From assembly GCA_049290195.1 (NCBI GenBank), contig JBATNE010000036.1, positions 401 through 64,400 of the forward strand: a DNA stretch of 64,000 nucleotides. The letters are read 5' to 3'. The position numbers and the translations under genes were made by a program. This document shows, one piece after another, positions 46,386 through 56,012 of this stretch (position 1 is the first letter of the stretch; every line of letters begins with the position of its first letter). Under the pieces are notes generated by a model. That model saw only the letters and a list, made by a program, of their open reading frames with translations. It had not been told where the DNA came from and made no database searches. The DNA is from Candidatus Zixiibacteriota bacterium (lineage in GTDB: Bacteria > Zixibacteria > MSB-5A5 > GN15 > FEB-12).

Positions 46386-47282
46386 TCAGCCTGCCGTTGG
46401 GTGCGGCGGCGTATCGTACTTGCGGATGATTTCCTCCGGCAAATGAGAGAGATCGGATCCCCGGAGATAGTCACCCATGGTGGTGCCGGTACACTGAGAA
46501 TCGATATTCGGAGCGCCAATCCCCTTCTCGGCATCGCCGAGATGAACTGTCCGAAAGTCAATACTGACACGGGTGTAGCCGGAGTTATTGGGAACGGATG
46601 AATGCAAATGTGCAGCCGAAAACAAAATGAGTCCGCCGGGAGGACAGATCGGGCGAAGCTGCGGGTCCAGTTCCACCGGCTCTTCCGGCTTGGGCTGTAT
46701 ACGGGTATCGGTCTTGATATGCTGGGCCGCATTCTGTCGGCTGGTCTTGTTCCACTCAGCGTAGTTGTACACCTTTGAGCCGTTCTTCAGCGGTGTGTAC
46801 CAGTACTTGGGATGAAATGCCAGGCAGTTTTCCGGCTGAATTTCATAGACCGGCAGCCACCAATTGATCTGGAACTGAGGTGCGGAATACCAGGTATCCC
46901 GATGCGGATGAAACGCATAAGCAATACCGGTGGTGAGGTAGTTGTCCGATGTCGACGTGCGAATGCGTGGAACATCGAAGTACACCTGCTCCAGATTGCA
47001 TCCCAGGTCTTTCATGACGGCCTGCAGCAATCGCTTTGATTCCGGATGATGGATGAACTTCGGTTTGAAGTCGGCCAGAATAGCGGCATACTTCTCAACC
47101 GGGAGTTCGAACTGGGCGGTTTTGGGATCGAGTGGGCGGAACACATCCTCGATCATGGTGCGTGCGAAATCGCAGAGCGCGATGGTCGACGGCCGCGGGG
47201 AATACACGAAAATCTGGCCGTTGTACAGCTGTTGGCGGCGGATGTCATCACTGACGTTGGCGTCGAAGAAAAAGGTGTTCAT
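46386..47282 (-). CDS. Fe(II)/2-oxoglutarate-dependent oxygenase-like protein (PhyH-like)
   Basis: Possible facial triad HPHRD ... HLHSSVPN plus R.SIDFR. The assignment rests on motif pattern only. Confidence 0.45.
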   Translation of the reverse strand: MNTFFFDANVSDDIRRQQLYNGQIFVYSPRPSTIALCDFARTMIEDVFRPLDPKTAQFELPVEKYAAILADFKPKFIHHPESKRLLQAVMKDLGCNLEQVYFDVPRIRTSTSDNYLTTGIAYAFHPHRDTWYSAPQFQINWWLPVYEIQPENCLAFHPKYWYTPLKNGSKVYNYAEWNKTSRQNAAQHIKTDTRIQPKPEEPVELDPQLRPICPPGGLILFSAAHLHSSVPNNSGYTRVSIDFRTVHLGDAEKGIGAPNIDSQCTGTTMGDYLRGSDLSHLPEEIIRKYDTPPHPTAG

Positions 47283-47848
47283 ACGTCGCTGTTCCTCTAT
47301 TAGTGTTCAGTCCATTTTGGGGGTTCCCAACCGTTCCCAGTCTAGGGGCGCAGGCAGTCGAAACCAAGCAAAATGGTCAATGGCCCAAAGAATCAGATCG
47401 GGTTGCGAAATGGCTCCCGGGCGCGCCACCGTCAATCCACGCTATCTAATTGGCCGATATAGTTTAACGGCCCATCACGAGTACCTGAAATATATCGGCA
47501 GGATTTTGAATCCCCTGCGGCCGAAGCACCGAAATAATCAGCCGCTCGGTGCGATTTTGGTGGGACCTCGGGGCAACGGAACTCCGGGAACGCGGGCGGC
47601 TACCCACTTTGCAACCTAATCAACTGTACAACAAGGTGTTAGTGACGATGTTCCGCTCCATCGGAAAACTCAAGGGTCGTCCGTGGTCCAAATTGAAATC
47701 CCCTGAGTCGCCCGGAACAACTCCTCCTAGTACTCGGGATAGCTCTTCTGCCAATTCTCTGCCTGGGCCGGCTTCGCTTACAGCAGAATGACTGCTTGAA
47801 GATGGGCACAAAATGGCGCCAGGAGCCGAGATGTGCCACTCTTTGGGC

Positions 47849-47876
47849 TTGCATATCAGAACAATCAGGATATATT
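47849..47876 (+). promoter_or_regulatory. Candidate sigma70-like promoter of the methyltransferase-to-GT2 operon
   Basis: TTGCAT, 16 bp, then TATATT in an AT-rich patch about 70 bp upstream of ATG 47948. Confidence 0.3.
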
Positions 47877-47947
47877 TAGTAGTCTATATTTACGTCCGAC
47901 TGCCTCAGATAATTGCAGCTGTCTATATAACGTCGTCGCGGAATCTC

Positions 47948-48664
47948 ATGTCTCACTCGGATGACAATCTTCGGTCATTCTGGAACCGATGGATTGAAGA
48001 GTATCTCGAAAAGCACAAGCCGGACGGACCTTCGTTGCGGCGTGGGCAGGAAGCTATTGCCATAATAGACTCGCTCTCCTTGGATCGGCCGCGCATTCTC
48101 GAGGTTGGCTGTGCCAACGGCTGGTTGGCTGCACAGTTAGCACAATTCGGCCAAGTAACCGGGGTTGATATTGCCGACGAGGCCATTGAACGGGCACGGG
48201 TAAAAATTCCGACAGTTGAGTTTTTTGCCGGCGATTTTACTACCATGGACGACCTGAAAAGTCAATTTGATATCGTCATTGCCCTGGAAACTATCGGTAA
48301 CGTCCCGAACCATGAACTCTTCGTCTCCCATCTCGTGGCCGCCATGAAGCCCGGCGGGCACCTCATTCTCTCCTGTCAAAACAAGTTCGTTTTTGAACGA
48401 CGGGAAGACCTTCCGACTCCTCCTCCCGGACAGATACGCAACTGGCTCGATCGCAGCCACCTCAAGCGACTCCTCAAGCGGCACTTTCAAATCGAAAAGT
48501 CGTTTACGATCCTCCCGGCTGGTCACCTTGGTATTCTTCGCTTTCTCAATTCCTACAGGCTCGAAGACCTGGCACAGCGGGCCGGCCTAGATCGGTGGTT
48601 CACGCGAATTCGCGAACAACTCGGGCTGGGGCAATCAATTCTCATCCATGCCCGGTTGAGATAG
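47948..48664 (+). CDS. Class I SAM-dependent methyltransferase
   Basis: SAM motif I ILEVGCANGWLAAQLA and post-I VTGVDIADEAI. The longer ORF-track start is rejected. Confidence 0.8.
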   Translation: MSHSDDNLRSFWNRWIEEYLEKHKPDGPSLRRGQEAIAIIDSLSLDRPRILEVGCANGWLAAQLAQFGQVTGVDIADEAIERARVKIPTVEFFAGDFTTMDDLKSQFDIVIALETIGNVPNHELFVSHLVAAMKPGGHLILSCQNKFVFERREDLPTPPPGQIRNWLDRSHLKRLLKRHFQIEKSFTILPAGHLGILRFLNSYRLEDLAQRAGLDRWFTRIREQLGLGQSILIHARLR

Positions 48665-48807
48665 CCTTTTTTTCCTACTTTCTCTCTCCGAACAGACCAT
48701 CTAACCTGCTTGTAGTTCTAAGGTTGCAGATCGGCGGCAAATGGCCGATGTTAGTCCTATATGGATTCAGTCTCCGCTACCCAAAAAGAGAGTTTCGAGA
48801 CTACAGG

Positions 48808-50178
48808 ATGAACAGCAACCGGGAGATGACAGTCGCCCTCCTGAGCCCTTGTGGCCACGGCAATCTTGGGGACGCCGCCATCCAGGACGCGGTGATCGGC
48901 CAGATCCGGCTGCGTATTCCGACCGCGCGGATTGTCGGTATTACCTTGAGTCCCAAAGACACGCTGGCCCGACATGGTATCCGGGCGGTCACTCTGCGGG
49001 CGATTGACAGTCTGGGATATGGAATACCTGATGCCGACAGATTTCCTGAAATGTTCGATTCCGTCTTTGACGACGTTAGTAGCAGTGTCCCAATTCAAAT
49101 CCCTTCCGAAACGAATTCTTCGGGGTGGGGGGACAATGCTCAGCCACCAATGGGGCTCCTTCGTCGTCTGACTCAACCAATTCGTCGTCCGCTTTATCCG
49201 ATCAAGCAGGAGCTGATTCATATCCGTTATGCAATGAGAATGATCGAGCAGGTGGACATGGTATTAGTGTCCGGCGGCGGCCAGCTGGACGACTATTGGG
49301 GCGGAAGCTGGGGACATCCCTACGTGCTGTGCAAGTGGGGTTGGCTGGCTACTCGCGTAAACAAGCAATTCGTCATCATGGGAGTTGGAACCGGGACGCT
49401 ACAAAATTGGCTGAGTAAGTTCTTTGTTAAACGGGCGCTGGGAAAGGCGTCGTTTCGTTCCTTCCGCGATGGCGGCTCCCGCGACCTGGCGGGCGCACCT
49501 CAGCTGACTCGGGATGATACAATAGGTCCTGACCTTGCATTCGGGCTTGATGTCAGCGGATACCTGGACACATCCGGCAAGGGGGGCATGAGTCTCCATG
49601 TCGCACTAAGCCCAATGTCGTATCTTGATCCCCGTTTCTGGCCGGACAAAGACAAGCAGGCATACGATCGATACATCTCGCTGCTTGCGGGCTTAGTCAA
49701 TACCATTACCGCACAGGGACACAAGGTCTCACTGTTTGCCTCTGATGGCGCAGATGAGCGAACTATTACCGATCTGAAGAAGGCATTGCAGGGCTCACCT
49801 GCTTGCGACAAAGTCTTAACGCCCCGAGTGAAGACGGTAAAAGAATTATTGACGTTATTTGCCGATGCCGATGTCGTGGTGGCCAGCCGATTGCACGGTG
49901 TCCTTCTCTCCTGTGTTATGGAGCGCCCGACGCTTGCGCTCTCTTACGACAGGAAAGTGAATGCGCTCATGAATGACCTCGGCTTGTCACAATACTGCCG
50001 CGAAATTGAAAGAATCGAAGGTCCAGCCCTCAAGGATCTGTTCGCACAATTGGCGAAGAACCGAATGGAAGTGCGGGATCAGCTAAAGACCCGCGTGCGG
50101 GCGGCCAAGGAAAACCTGGATCGCCAGTTCGACACGGTGTTGGGACCGCGAGTAGCGGTCGAAACGAGGAAGAGTTGA
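48808..50178 (+). CDS. Polysaccharide pyruvyl transferase family protein
   Basis: LLSPCGHGNLGDAAIQDAV at the N-terminus and DVVVASRLHGVLLS near the C-terminus. The start is 48808 or 48826. Confidence 0.7.
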   Translation: MNSNREMTVALLSPCGHGNLGDAAIQDAVIGQIRLRIPTARIVGITLSPKDTLARHGIRAVTLRAIDSLGYGIPDADRFPEMFDSVFDDVSSSVPIQIPSETNSSGWGDNAQPPMGLLRRLTQPIRRPLYPIKQELIHIRYAMRMIEQVDMVLVSGGGQLDDYWGGSWGHPYVLCKWGWLATRVNKQFVIMGVGTGTLQNWLSKFFVKRALGKASFRSFRDGGSRDLAGAPQLTRDDTIGPDLAFGLDVSGYLDTSGKGGMSLHVALSPMSYLDPRFWPDKDKQAYDRYISLLAGLVNTITAQGHKVSLFASDGADERTITDLKKALQGSPACDKVLTPRVKTVKELLTLFADADVVVASRLHGVLLSCVMERPTLALSYDRKVNALMNDLGLSQYCREIERIEGPALKDLFAQLAKNRMEVRDQLKTRVRAAKENLDRQFDTVLGPRVAVETRKS

Positions 50179-50179
50179 G

Positions 50180-51178
50180 ATGAGTGACCCAAAGCAGCCG
50201 TTCGTCAGTGTCGTCACTCCGTTTTACAACACGGCGCCATATCTCGAGGAATGTATCAAAAGTGTGCTGGCCCAGACGTATCAAAATTGGGAATACGTGT
50301 TGGCCAATAACAAGAGCACTGATGGCTCGCTGGAGATTGCTCAAAAGTACGCCGCGCTCGACTCGCGGATCCGGCTTTCAACCAATGAGACATTCCTGGA
50401 TCAGGTGCCTAACTACAATAACGCGCTCCGCCAGGTATCGCCAAAGGCCGAGTACATCAAGATGGTGCAGGCCGATGACTGGATGTTTCCGGAGTGCCTG
50501 GATCGGATGGTGGCAGTAGCTGCGTCTGATCCCGAAATCGCCATTGTCAGCACGTATTCTCTTCGAGGAGTCTATATCGGCTGCCAGGGATTGCGATATC
50601 CGAGCATTGTCACACCTGGAATCGAAGCGCTCAGGCTTCACCTGCTCGAAGGAATCTCAGTTCTGGGGACACCCACCAATCTTCTCTATCGCGCCGATCT
50701 GGTGCGGGAACGGCATACGTTTTTTGACGAAGTGAGCCTGTTGGATGATCTCGAGGTGTGCTACGAGATACTGCCGGGGCGCAAGCTTGGCTTTGTCCAT
50801 CAGCTTCTGGTGTACGTACGGGAAGACAATCCGTCCATCTCCAACAAGCTTCTCCAGTACAATCCCTGGCCGCTTCACCGGATCATTATGCTTCGCAAAC
50901 ATGGCAAGAGCCTATTGACCGAAGAAGAATTCAATAGCAGTTTTGACGCATTGTGGCGATCATACATCAAGTTTCTTGGGTACGCCAAACTTCGGGGTCG
51001 ACCCAAAGAGTTCTGGGACTACCAGAAGAAAGGCTTCGAGGCGGCCGGCTTGACCCTTGGGAAGGGGTTGCTGTGGGTGGAAGCCTTTGGTGCGGCGGCC
51101 GATATTATCTTTAACCCCAAACAGAGCTGGGACCGCCTGTTGGCGCGACTCTCCCGTAAACAGAACGGGAATAGCTAA
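50180..51178 (+). CDS. GT2 glycosyltransferase
   Basis: VSVVTPFYNTAPYLEECIKSVLAQTY and ..MVQADDWM. Confidence 0.85.
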   Translation: MSDPKQPFVSVVTPFYNTAPYLEECIKSVLAQTYQNWEYVLANNKSTDGSLEIAQKYAALDSRIRLSTNETFLDQVPNYNNALRQVSPKAEYIKMVQADDWMFPECLDRMVAVAASDPEIAIVSTYSLRGVYIGCQGLRYPSIVTPGIEALRLHLLEGISVLGTPTNLLYRADLVRERHTFFDEVSLLDDLEVCYEILPGRKLGFVHQLLVYVREDNPSISNKLLQYNPWPLHRIIMLRKHGKSLLTEEEFNSSFDALWRSYIKFLGYAKLRGRPKEFWDYQKKGFEAAGLTLGKGLLWVEAFGAAADIIFNPKQSWDRLLARLSRKQNGNS

Positions 51179-51185
51179 GGAAAGC

Positions 51186-51971
51186 ATGCTAGAGACTATC
51201 CGCGAACTTTACCGTTACCGTGAACTGCTGTACATGTTCACCCTGCGGCAGATTCAGATCAAATACAAGCAGTCGATCATGGGACTCCTGTGGGCGTTCC
51301 TGATGCCGGTCATTATCGTGTTTGCAGGCGTACTGGTCAAACTGGCGTTTGCCATGATGGCGCAGAAGCCGTTCGAAACATCGCAGATAGCCACCGTGGC
51401 GATCAAATCCGTTCCGTGGGCGTTTTTTGTATCGTCGATTCGGTTTTCTTCGCAGAGCTTGATTGCCAACAGCAATCTCGTAACTAAGATATATTTTCCG
51501 CGGGAAATCTGCCCCCTTTCTGCTACCCTTTCGCAGATGGTTGATTTTCTCGTTGCCGCAGTACTCCTGGCCGTAGCGTTGGTATTCATGAATGTGGGTG
51601 CCAGTGTGTATCTGCTCCTGGTGCCGGTCTATTTACTTTTGCTGTTCTTACTGACTGCCGGGTTGGGAGTCGTGCTTTCAGCGGCTTCGCTGTTCTTCCG
51701 CGATGTGAAGTATATTGTCGAGGTGATTCTTACGTTTGCAATCTTCTTCACTCCGGTCTTTTATGAGCCCTCGATGTTCGGTGAAAAGGGAAAGTGGCTG
51801 CTCTTGAATCCGGTCGCACCGATTCTTGAGGGTCTCAATGATACCATTGTCCTGCATAAATTACCGGACATGGGGTGGTTCGGCTACTGTGCCGCAATCA
51901 CCCTGGCAATATCCTGGTTTTCCCTGCGGTTCTTTAAGCGTCTTGAACCGGCCTTTGCGGAGAGTATTTAA
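51186..51971 (+). CDS. wzm: ABC-2 type polysaccharide/O-antigen export permease
   Basis: LYRYRELLYMFTLRQIQIKYKQSIMGLLWAFLMP is the typical Wzm/TagG/KpsM N-terminus, followed by 6 hydrophobic segments. Confidence 0.85.
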   Translation: MLETIRELYRYRELLYMFTLRQIQIKYKQSIMGLLWAFLMPVIIVFAGVLVKLAFAMMAQKPFETSQIATVAIKSVPWAFFVSSIRFSSQSLIANSNLVTKIYFPREICPLSATLSQMVDFLVAAVLLAVALVFMNVGASVYLLLVPVYLLLLFLLTAGLGVVLSAASLFFRDVKYIVEVILTFAIFFTPVFYEPSMFGEKGKWLLLNPVAPILEGLNDTIVLHKLPDMGWFGYCAAITLAISWFSLRFFKRLEPAFAESI

Positions 51972-51980
51972 GGAAGTACG

Positions 51981-53183
51981 ATGGCTGACATATCACTGGA
52001 ACTCAATCACGTTTACAAGAAATTCCGCAAGGGAGAGATTTATGATTCCCTGCGTGACCTCATCCCGGCGATGACCGGCAAGTTCCTTCGCGGCCAGCGC
52101 GAAGCGTCGCTTGATAAGCGGGAATTCTGGGCACTCAGCGATGTCAGTTTCCAGGTTGCGCGCGGCGAAGCGGTCGGCATTATCGGCTCCAACGGAGCCG
52201 GCAAGTCAACCATGCTCAAGCTGCTGAGCGGTATCATGAAGCCGACCAGCGGGACGTTAAGAGTCAACGGTACTCTCTCCGCCCTCATCGAAGTAGGCGC
52301 CGGATTTCATCCTGATCTCACCGGACGAGAGAACATTTTTCTTAACGGCGCGATTCTCGGTATGAAGCGGAACGAGATAAAGACGAAATTCGACCAAATC
52401 GTTGAGTTCTCCGGACTCGGTGAATTTATCGATACGCCGGTGAAGCGATATAGCTCCGGCATGTTCGCCCGACTTGGATTCTCCGTGGCCGCACACGTCG
52501 ACCCGGATGTTCTCCTGGTAGACGAAGTACTGAGTGTCGGCGATTATGTTTTCCAACAGAAGTGTGCCGCCCGGATGGCGGAAGTTCTCAAGGGTGGAAC
52601 TACGATCGTCTTTGTTTCGCACAACCTTCGAGCCGTCATCGATCTCTGTCACCGGGCAGTCTTGCTCGATCACGGAACCGTTCTCGAAGTGGGCCCTACC
52701 TCTGATATGGTGCGTCGCTATATGGAACTCGTGGGAGACAAACGTTCTACCGAAAGCCATTCAGCGGTAAGAATGGATACCGTAACCGTCCGCAATGCGT
52801 CGGGTCCGACCGTTAAGTTCACCGCAGGTGAGAAGGCCTGGATCGATGTTACCATGACCGCCAAAGAGGATTGCCAGAATATTGCCGTCGTTCTTGAACT
52901 CAAGGACAACAGTTATTACGAAGTCTTCAACACATCGACTGAGCGGCTCGGCGAGGCGAAACTGAATCTCCAGGCGGGGCAGTCTGCCTCCTACACGTTC
53001 GAAGTGGACCTGCACCTGGCTAGCGGTGCTTTTCATATCGGCGCTTATCTTTACCGGTATGACACCGAGACTACCTATGACCACTGGTTCCCCATTACGA
53101 CAATATTTATCCAGTCGGAAAGAGATGTCCGTGGGTCGGTCAATATCTATCCCCGCGTAATCGCGCGTTCAACTCATGGCTGA
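51981..53183 (+). CDS. wzt: Polysaccharide ABC exporter ATPase with a C-terminal Wzt_C-like extension
   Basis: Walker A GSNGAGKST, signature YSSGMFARLGF and Walker B VLLVDEVLSVGD, plus a beta-rich tail of about 150 aa. Confidence 0.85.
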   Translation: MADISLELNHVYKKFRKGEIYDSLRDLIPAMTGKFLRGQREASLDKREFWALSDVSFQVARGEAVGIIGSNGAGKSTMLKLLSGIMKPTSGTLRVNGTLSALIEVGAGFHPDLTGRENIFLNGAILGMKRNEIKTKFDQIVEFSGLGEFIDTPVKRYSSGMFARLGFSVAAHVDPDVLLVDEVLSVGDYVFQQKCAARMAEVLKGGTTIVFVSHNLRAVIDLCHRAVLLDHGTVLEVGPTSDMVRRYMELVGDKRSTESHSAVRMDTVTVRNASGPTVKFTAGEKAWIDVTMTAKEDCQNIAVVLELKDNSYYEVFNTSTERLGEAKLNLQAGQSASYTFEVDLHLASGAFHIGAYLYRYDTETTYDHWFPITTIFIQSERDVRGSVNIYPRVIARSTHG

Positions 53184-54084
53184 TCACATCGACCTCTCGA
53201 TTATCATCTGCACGCGCAACCGTGTTGACAAGCTTGTGCCGATGATGTTCAGCATTGCCGAGGCGGCTGCCCAAACCAAAGCTGTCTGGGACCTGTATAT
53301 TATGGATAATCTGTCGACCGACAGCACTCGTAGTGCCGTCGAGTCGTTCGATCGCACGCTCATTCCCAGTCTGCATTATCGATATGCTGACCGAGGCGGA
53401 AAGACGACTTCGCTGAACACAGGTTTGGCCGAGGCTCAGGGGGAGATTGTCGCGCTCTTGGATGATGACATGATTATGGAGAAGGACTGGATGAAGAATC
53501 TTCTCCGGGAATTTGCCGATGACCCCAAGTTGAATTGCCTGGGCGGACGAGTGATTCTGCACGATCCTACCGACGCACCAACGTCAATCAGGCCTTCAGA
53601 AGTTCGCCAGATCGTTTCGATCGAAACACTCGATCCTGGCTATATCCAGGTTGGAGGCGGTCATCTCGCGGTCCGCCGAGCTGTAGTAGCAAAAGTCGGG
53701 AAGTTTGATGAGCTCTTTGGGCCGGGACAACCGATCCCGGCAGCTGAAGATCTGGACTTTCTCTATCGCATCTGCGCGGCGGAGTACACAATTCTGTTCT
53801 GCCCATCGGTTGTGGTCAGGCACCATCATGGCCGCAAAGCCAGCGACGACGTACAAAACCTGTCCTATGGCTACGCTCTTTCGCGAGGCGCCTTTTATGC
53901 CAAACACATTTTGCGATTGAGAGTCGTTCCATTGAAATGGGCGGTCATTGAATTCTTGAGCATCGGGCGAACGATGGTCGCCGCCAGGCGCGCGCGCACC
54001 ACTCAGCTAGCGCCCTTCACGCAGGCACGGGCGCTCGTCCACGGTGCATTGCGCTTGATCAAATTGAAATTGTCCGGCAGATAG
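53176..54084 (+). CDS. GT2 glycosyltransferase
   Basis: LSIIICTRNR and ALLDDDM motifs. An 8-nt overlap with wzt suggests translational coupling. Confidence 0.8.
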   Translation: MADHIDLSIIICTRNRVDKLVPMMFSIAEAAAQTKAVWDLYIMDNLSTDSTRSAVESFDRTLIPSLHYRYADRGGKTTSLNTGLAEAQGEIVALLDDDMIMEKDWMKNLLREFADDPKLNCLGGRVILHDPTDAPTSIRPSEVRQIVSIETLDPGYIQVGGGHLAVRRAVVAKVGKFDELFGPGQPIPAAEDLDFLYRICAAEYTILFCPSVVVRHHHGRKASDDVQNLSYGYALSRGAFYAKHILRLRVVPLKWAVIEFLSIGRTMVAARRARTTQLAPFTQARALVHGALRLIKLKLSGR

Positions 54085-54101
54085 AAATTCGGAAGCGAAG
54101 A

Positions 54102-55418
54102 CTATTCCCGGACTTCTGTGAGCAGTCCAGCCTCGACCAGGGCCCCGGCTACATCCGCAATCAACGCAAACGGCAGATTGGCCCGCGCAGCTATATCCAG
54201 GAGCGAATTGAAACCGTCCGATTGATTCAGCACCCACAGCATCGCCATCTCGCGCTTGCCGGCGTCAGGCATTCCACCCATAACGCGATAGAGACCCCGC
54301 TTACCTAACTGCGGCTCCCCTTTGGGATTGGTGTTGAGGTAGGTGCGATTTCCTTCGAGAATTCCGAAAATCCCCAGTATCGCCTTCAATGAACGGGCGA
54401 GCGCTTCAGGATTTACGAAATCGAGGTTATCGGCCGACGTATGATACTCCGGAAATGCGCCGTGCGGAGTCCGGCTGAAACAGCCGACCGGAAGATTAAA
54501 TCCCGGTGAGCAGTACTGGCGTTCATCGTAGCCGTAGGGGGAGAATTCCCGCACCTTGTACGGGAAGCCCGAGGCCTGTAGATAATACTCAACTACCCGA
54601 TCGATTTCCGCATCCCGCTGGCGGCTCTGCTTATAATGAAACGCGCCAGAATCCCCCACACACGCCAGAACCATCCCATGTCGTATCTGTGCAACTTTAT
54701 CCTCATTCCTGGACAGCCAGGTAATGGAGCCAATCGTTCCGGGAATAAAGAGAAAGCGATACGAATAGCGCCGCTTGGCCGAGCCCAACAGGGCAGCTAT
54801 GTATGTGGCAACCGCTACTCCCGACAGATTGTCATTGCACAATGATGGATGGCAGGAATGAGTCGAGATGAGAACTTCTTCATCTGATTCTCCGGGTAGA
54901 AGCAATTCCCCATAACTGAGTGCGCCGTCTTCGAGCGACGAATCAATGACCACATCGTATTCCGCGTCCGTAAGGAGTTTGGCCTGGTTGTCGCTCAGGC
55001 AAAAACCCCAATTCTCTTTATAGTAGGAGGTTCTATACGGAATCCAGTCCGGGTACTTGGGAAGGGTGAAGAGATGTTCCTTCAGTTCTTCACGGGTAAC
55101 ACGCTTGTTGATGGGGCAACTATAGTTCAAAATGTGAAGAGAATGGTTGCCGAAATCGATAACCCTCTCGCCACGCGTAGTGGCAATATAGGCCGAACGG
55201 ATATTCCATTCCTTAGGAACTGTCCAGTCGAGTACCTGCGTTCCTGTCGGGACTTCTTGTATTTCAATCGGGATCTCTCTTTGAATCCGCTGAAGGGTCT
55301 GACGCAAGCCGTTGCCGGTAATACTCCGGCAAATCGGATAGAGGTCCCGAATGAGAGCATAGGCACGCGCGCCGATATCGGCAGGAAGCATCATCTGTCC
55401 AATCGACTTTGAGGTCAT
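54102..55418 (-). CDS. Aminopeptidase-like (M28-fold, DUF2172/DUF4910-type) protein common in glycan loci
   Basis: DLYPICRSITGNGLRQTLQRI..EVPTGTQVLDWTVPKEWNI matches my recollection of this family. ATG 55418 (GAGGA RBS) is preferred over GTG 55424. Confidence 0.65.
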   Translation of the reverse strand: MTSKSIGQMMLPADIGARAYALIRDLYPICRSITGNGLRQTLQRIQREIPIEIQEVPTGTQVLDWTVPKEWNIRSAYIATTRGERVIDFGNHSLHILNYSCPINKRVTREELKEHLFTLPKYPDWIPYRTSYYKENWGFCLSDNQAKLLTDAEYDVVIDSSLEDGALSYGELLLPGESDEEVLISTHSCHPSLCNDNLSGVAVATYIAALLGSAKRRYSYRFLFIPGTIGSITWLSRNEDKVAQIRHGMVLACVGDSGAFHYKQSRQRDAEIDRVVEYYLQASGFPYKVREFSPYGYDERQYCSPGFNLPVGCFSRTPHGAFPEYHTSADNLDFVNPEALARSLKAILGIFGILEGNRTYLNTNPKGEPQLGKRGLYRVMGGMPDAGKREMAMLWVLNQSDGFNSLLDIAARANLPFALIADVAGALVEAGLLTEVRE

Positions 55419-55424
55419 GACCAC

Positions 55425-55964
55425 TTATCCTCGATTCGGCTTGAAGTCCGGATATTCAGTATCCTTGGGAGAAATGACATCGATCGGCACCGGCCATCGT
55501 ATCCCAAACGCCGGGTCATTATACCGCACTCCCCGTTGTGATTCCGCGTGATAATACGCGGACATCTGATAGAAGATCTCCGTATTGTCGGCCAGCGTGA
55601 TAAAGCCGTGGGCGAATCCCTCCGGAATATACAGCGCGCGACGGTTCTCCGCGGTCAGCTCAACGGCCAGATGTCTGAGATACGTTTTCGACGATGGCCG
55701 CATATCAATGATAACATCGTAAAGCGCTCCGGCCGTACAACGAACGAGCTTCGCTTCTTCGTGGGGTGGAATCTGGTAGTGCATGCCGCGAAGCGTTCCG
55801 GCAGAGCGGTTGAATGAGACATTACACTGTACCAGGGCGGGATTGAGACCATGCTGGGTAAATTCATCCCGGCACCAGCTGCGGGCGAAAAACCCGCGAT
55901 CATCGGTTTTGCGGTCGAGATCGACTATCATTGCACCGGGAAGATCGGTGGGTGTAAACAGCAT
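55425..55964 (-). CDS. NDP-4-keto-6-deoxyhexose 3,5-epimerase (RfbC/RmlC family)
   Basis: DDRGFF, LRGMHYQ, KLVRCTAGALYDVIIDMR and LYIPEGFAHGF motifs. Confidence 0.85.
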   Translation of the reverse strand: MLFTPTDLPGAMIVDLDRKTDDRGFFARSWCRDEFTQHGLNPALVQCNVSFNRSAGTLRGMHYQIPPHEEAKLVRCTAGALYDVIIDMRPSSKTYLRHLAVELTAENRRALYIPEGFAHGFITLADNTEIFYQMSAYYHAESQRGVRYNDPAFGIRWPVPIDVISPKDTEYPDFKPNRG

Positions 55965-56012
55965 TACCCGGCTTGCCTCATTCGGGACGGTCGTCGATGA
56001 CCGATTCCTGGT

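Noticed and set aside
28987-47282. Calling the island a PEP-CTERM/exosortase system.
   Set aside because: Several families typical of such loci seem present. However, no exosortase (EpsH/XrtA) gene and no protein with a PEP-CTERM tail occurs in the window, so the label would be unsupported.
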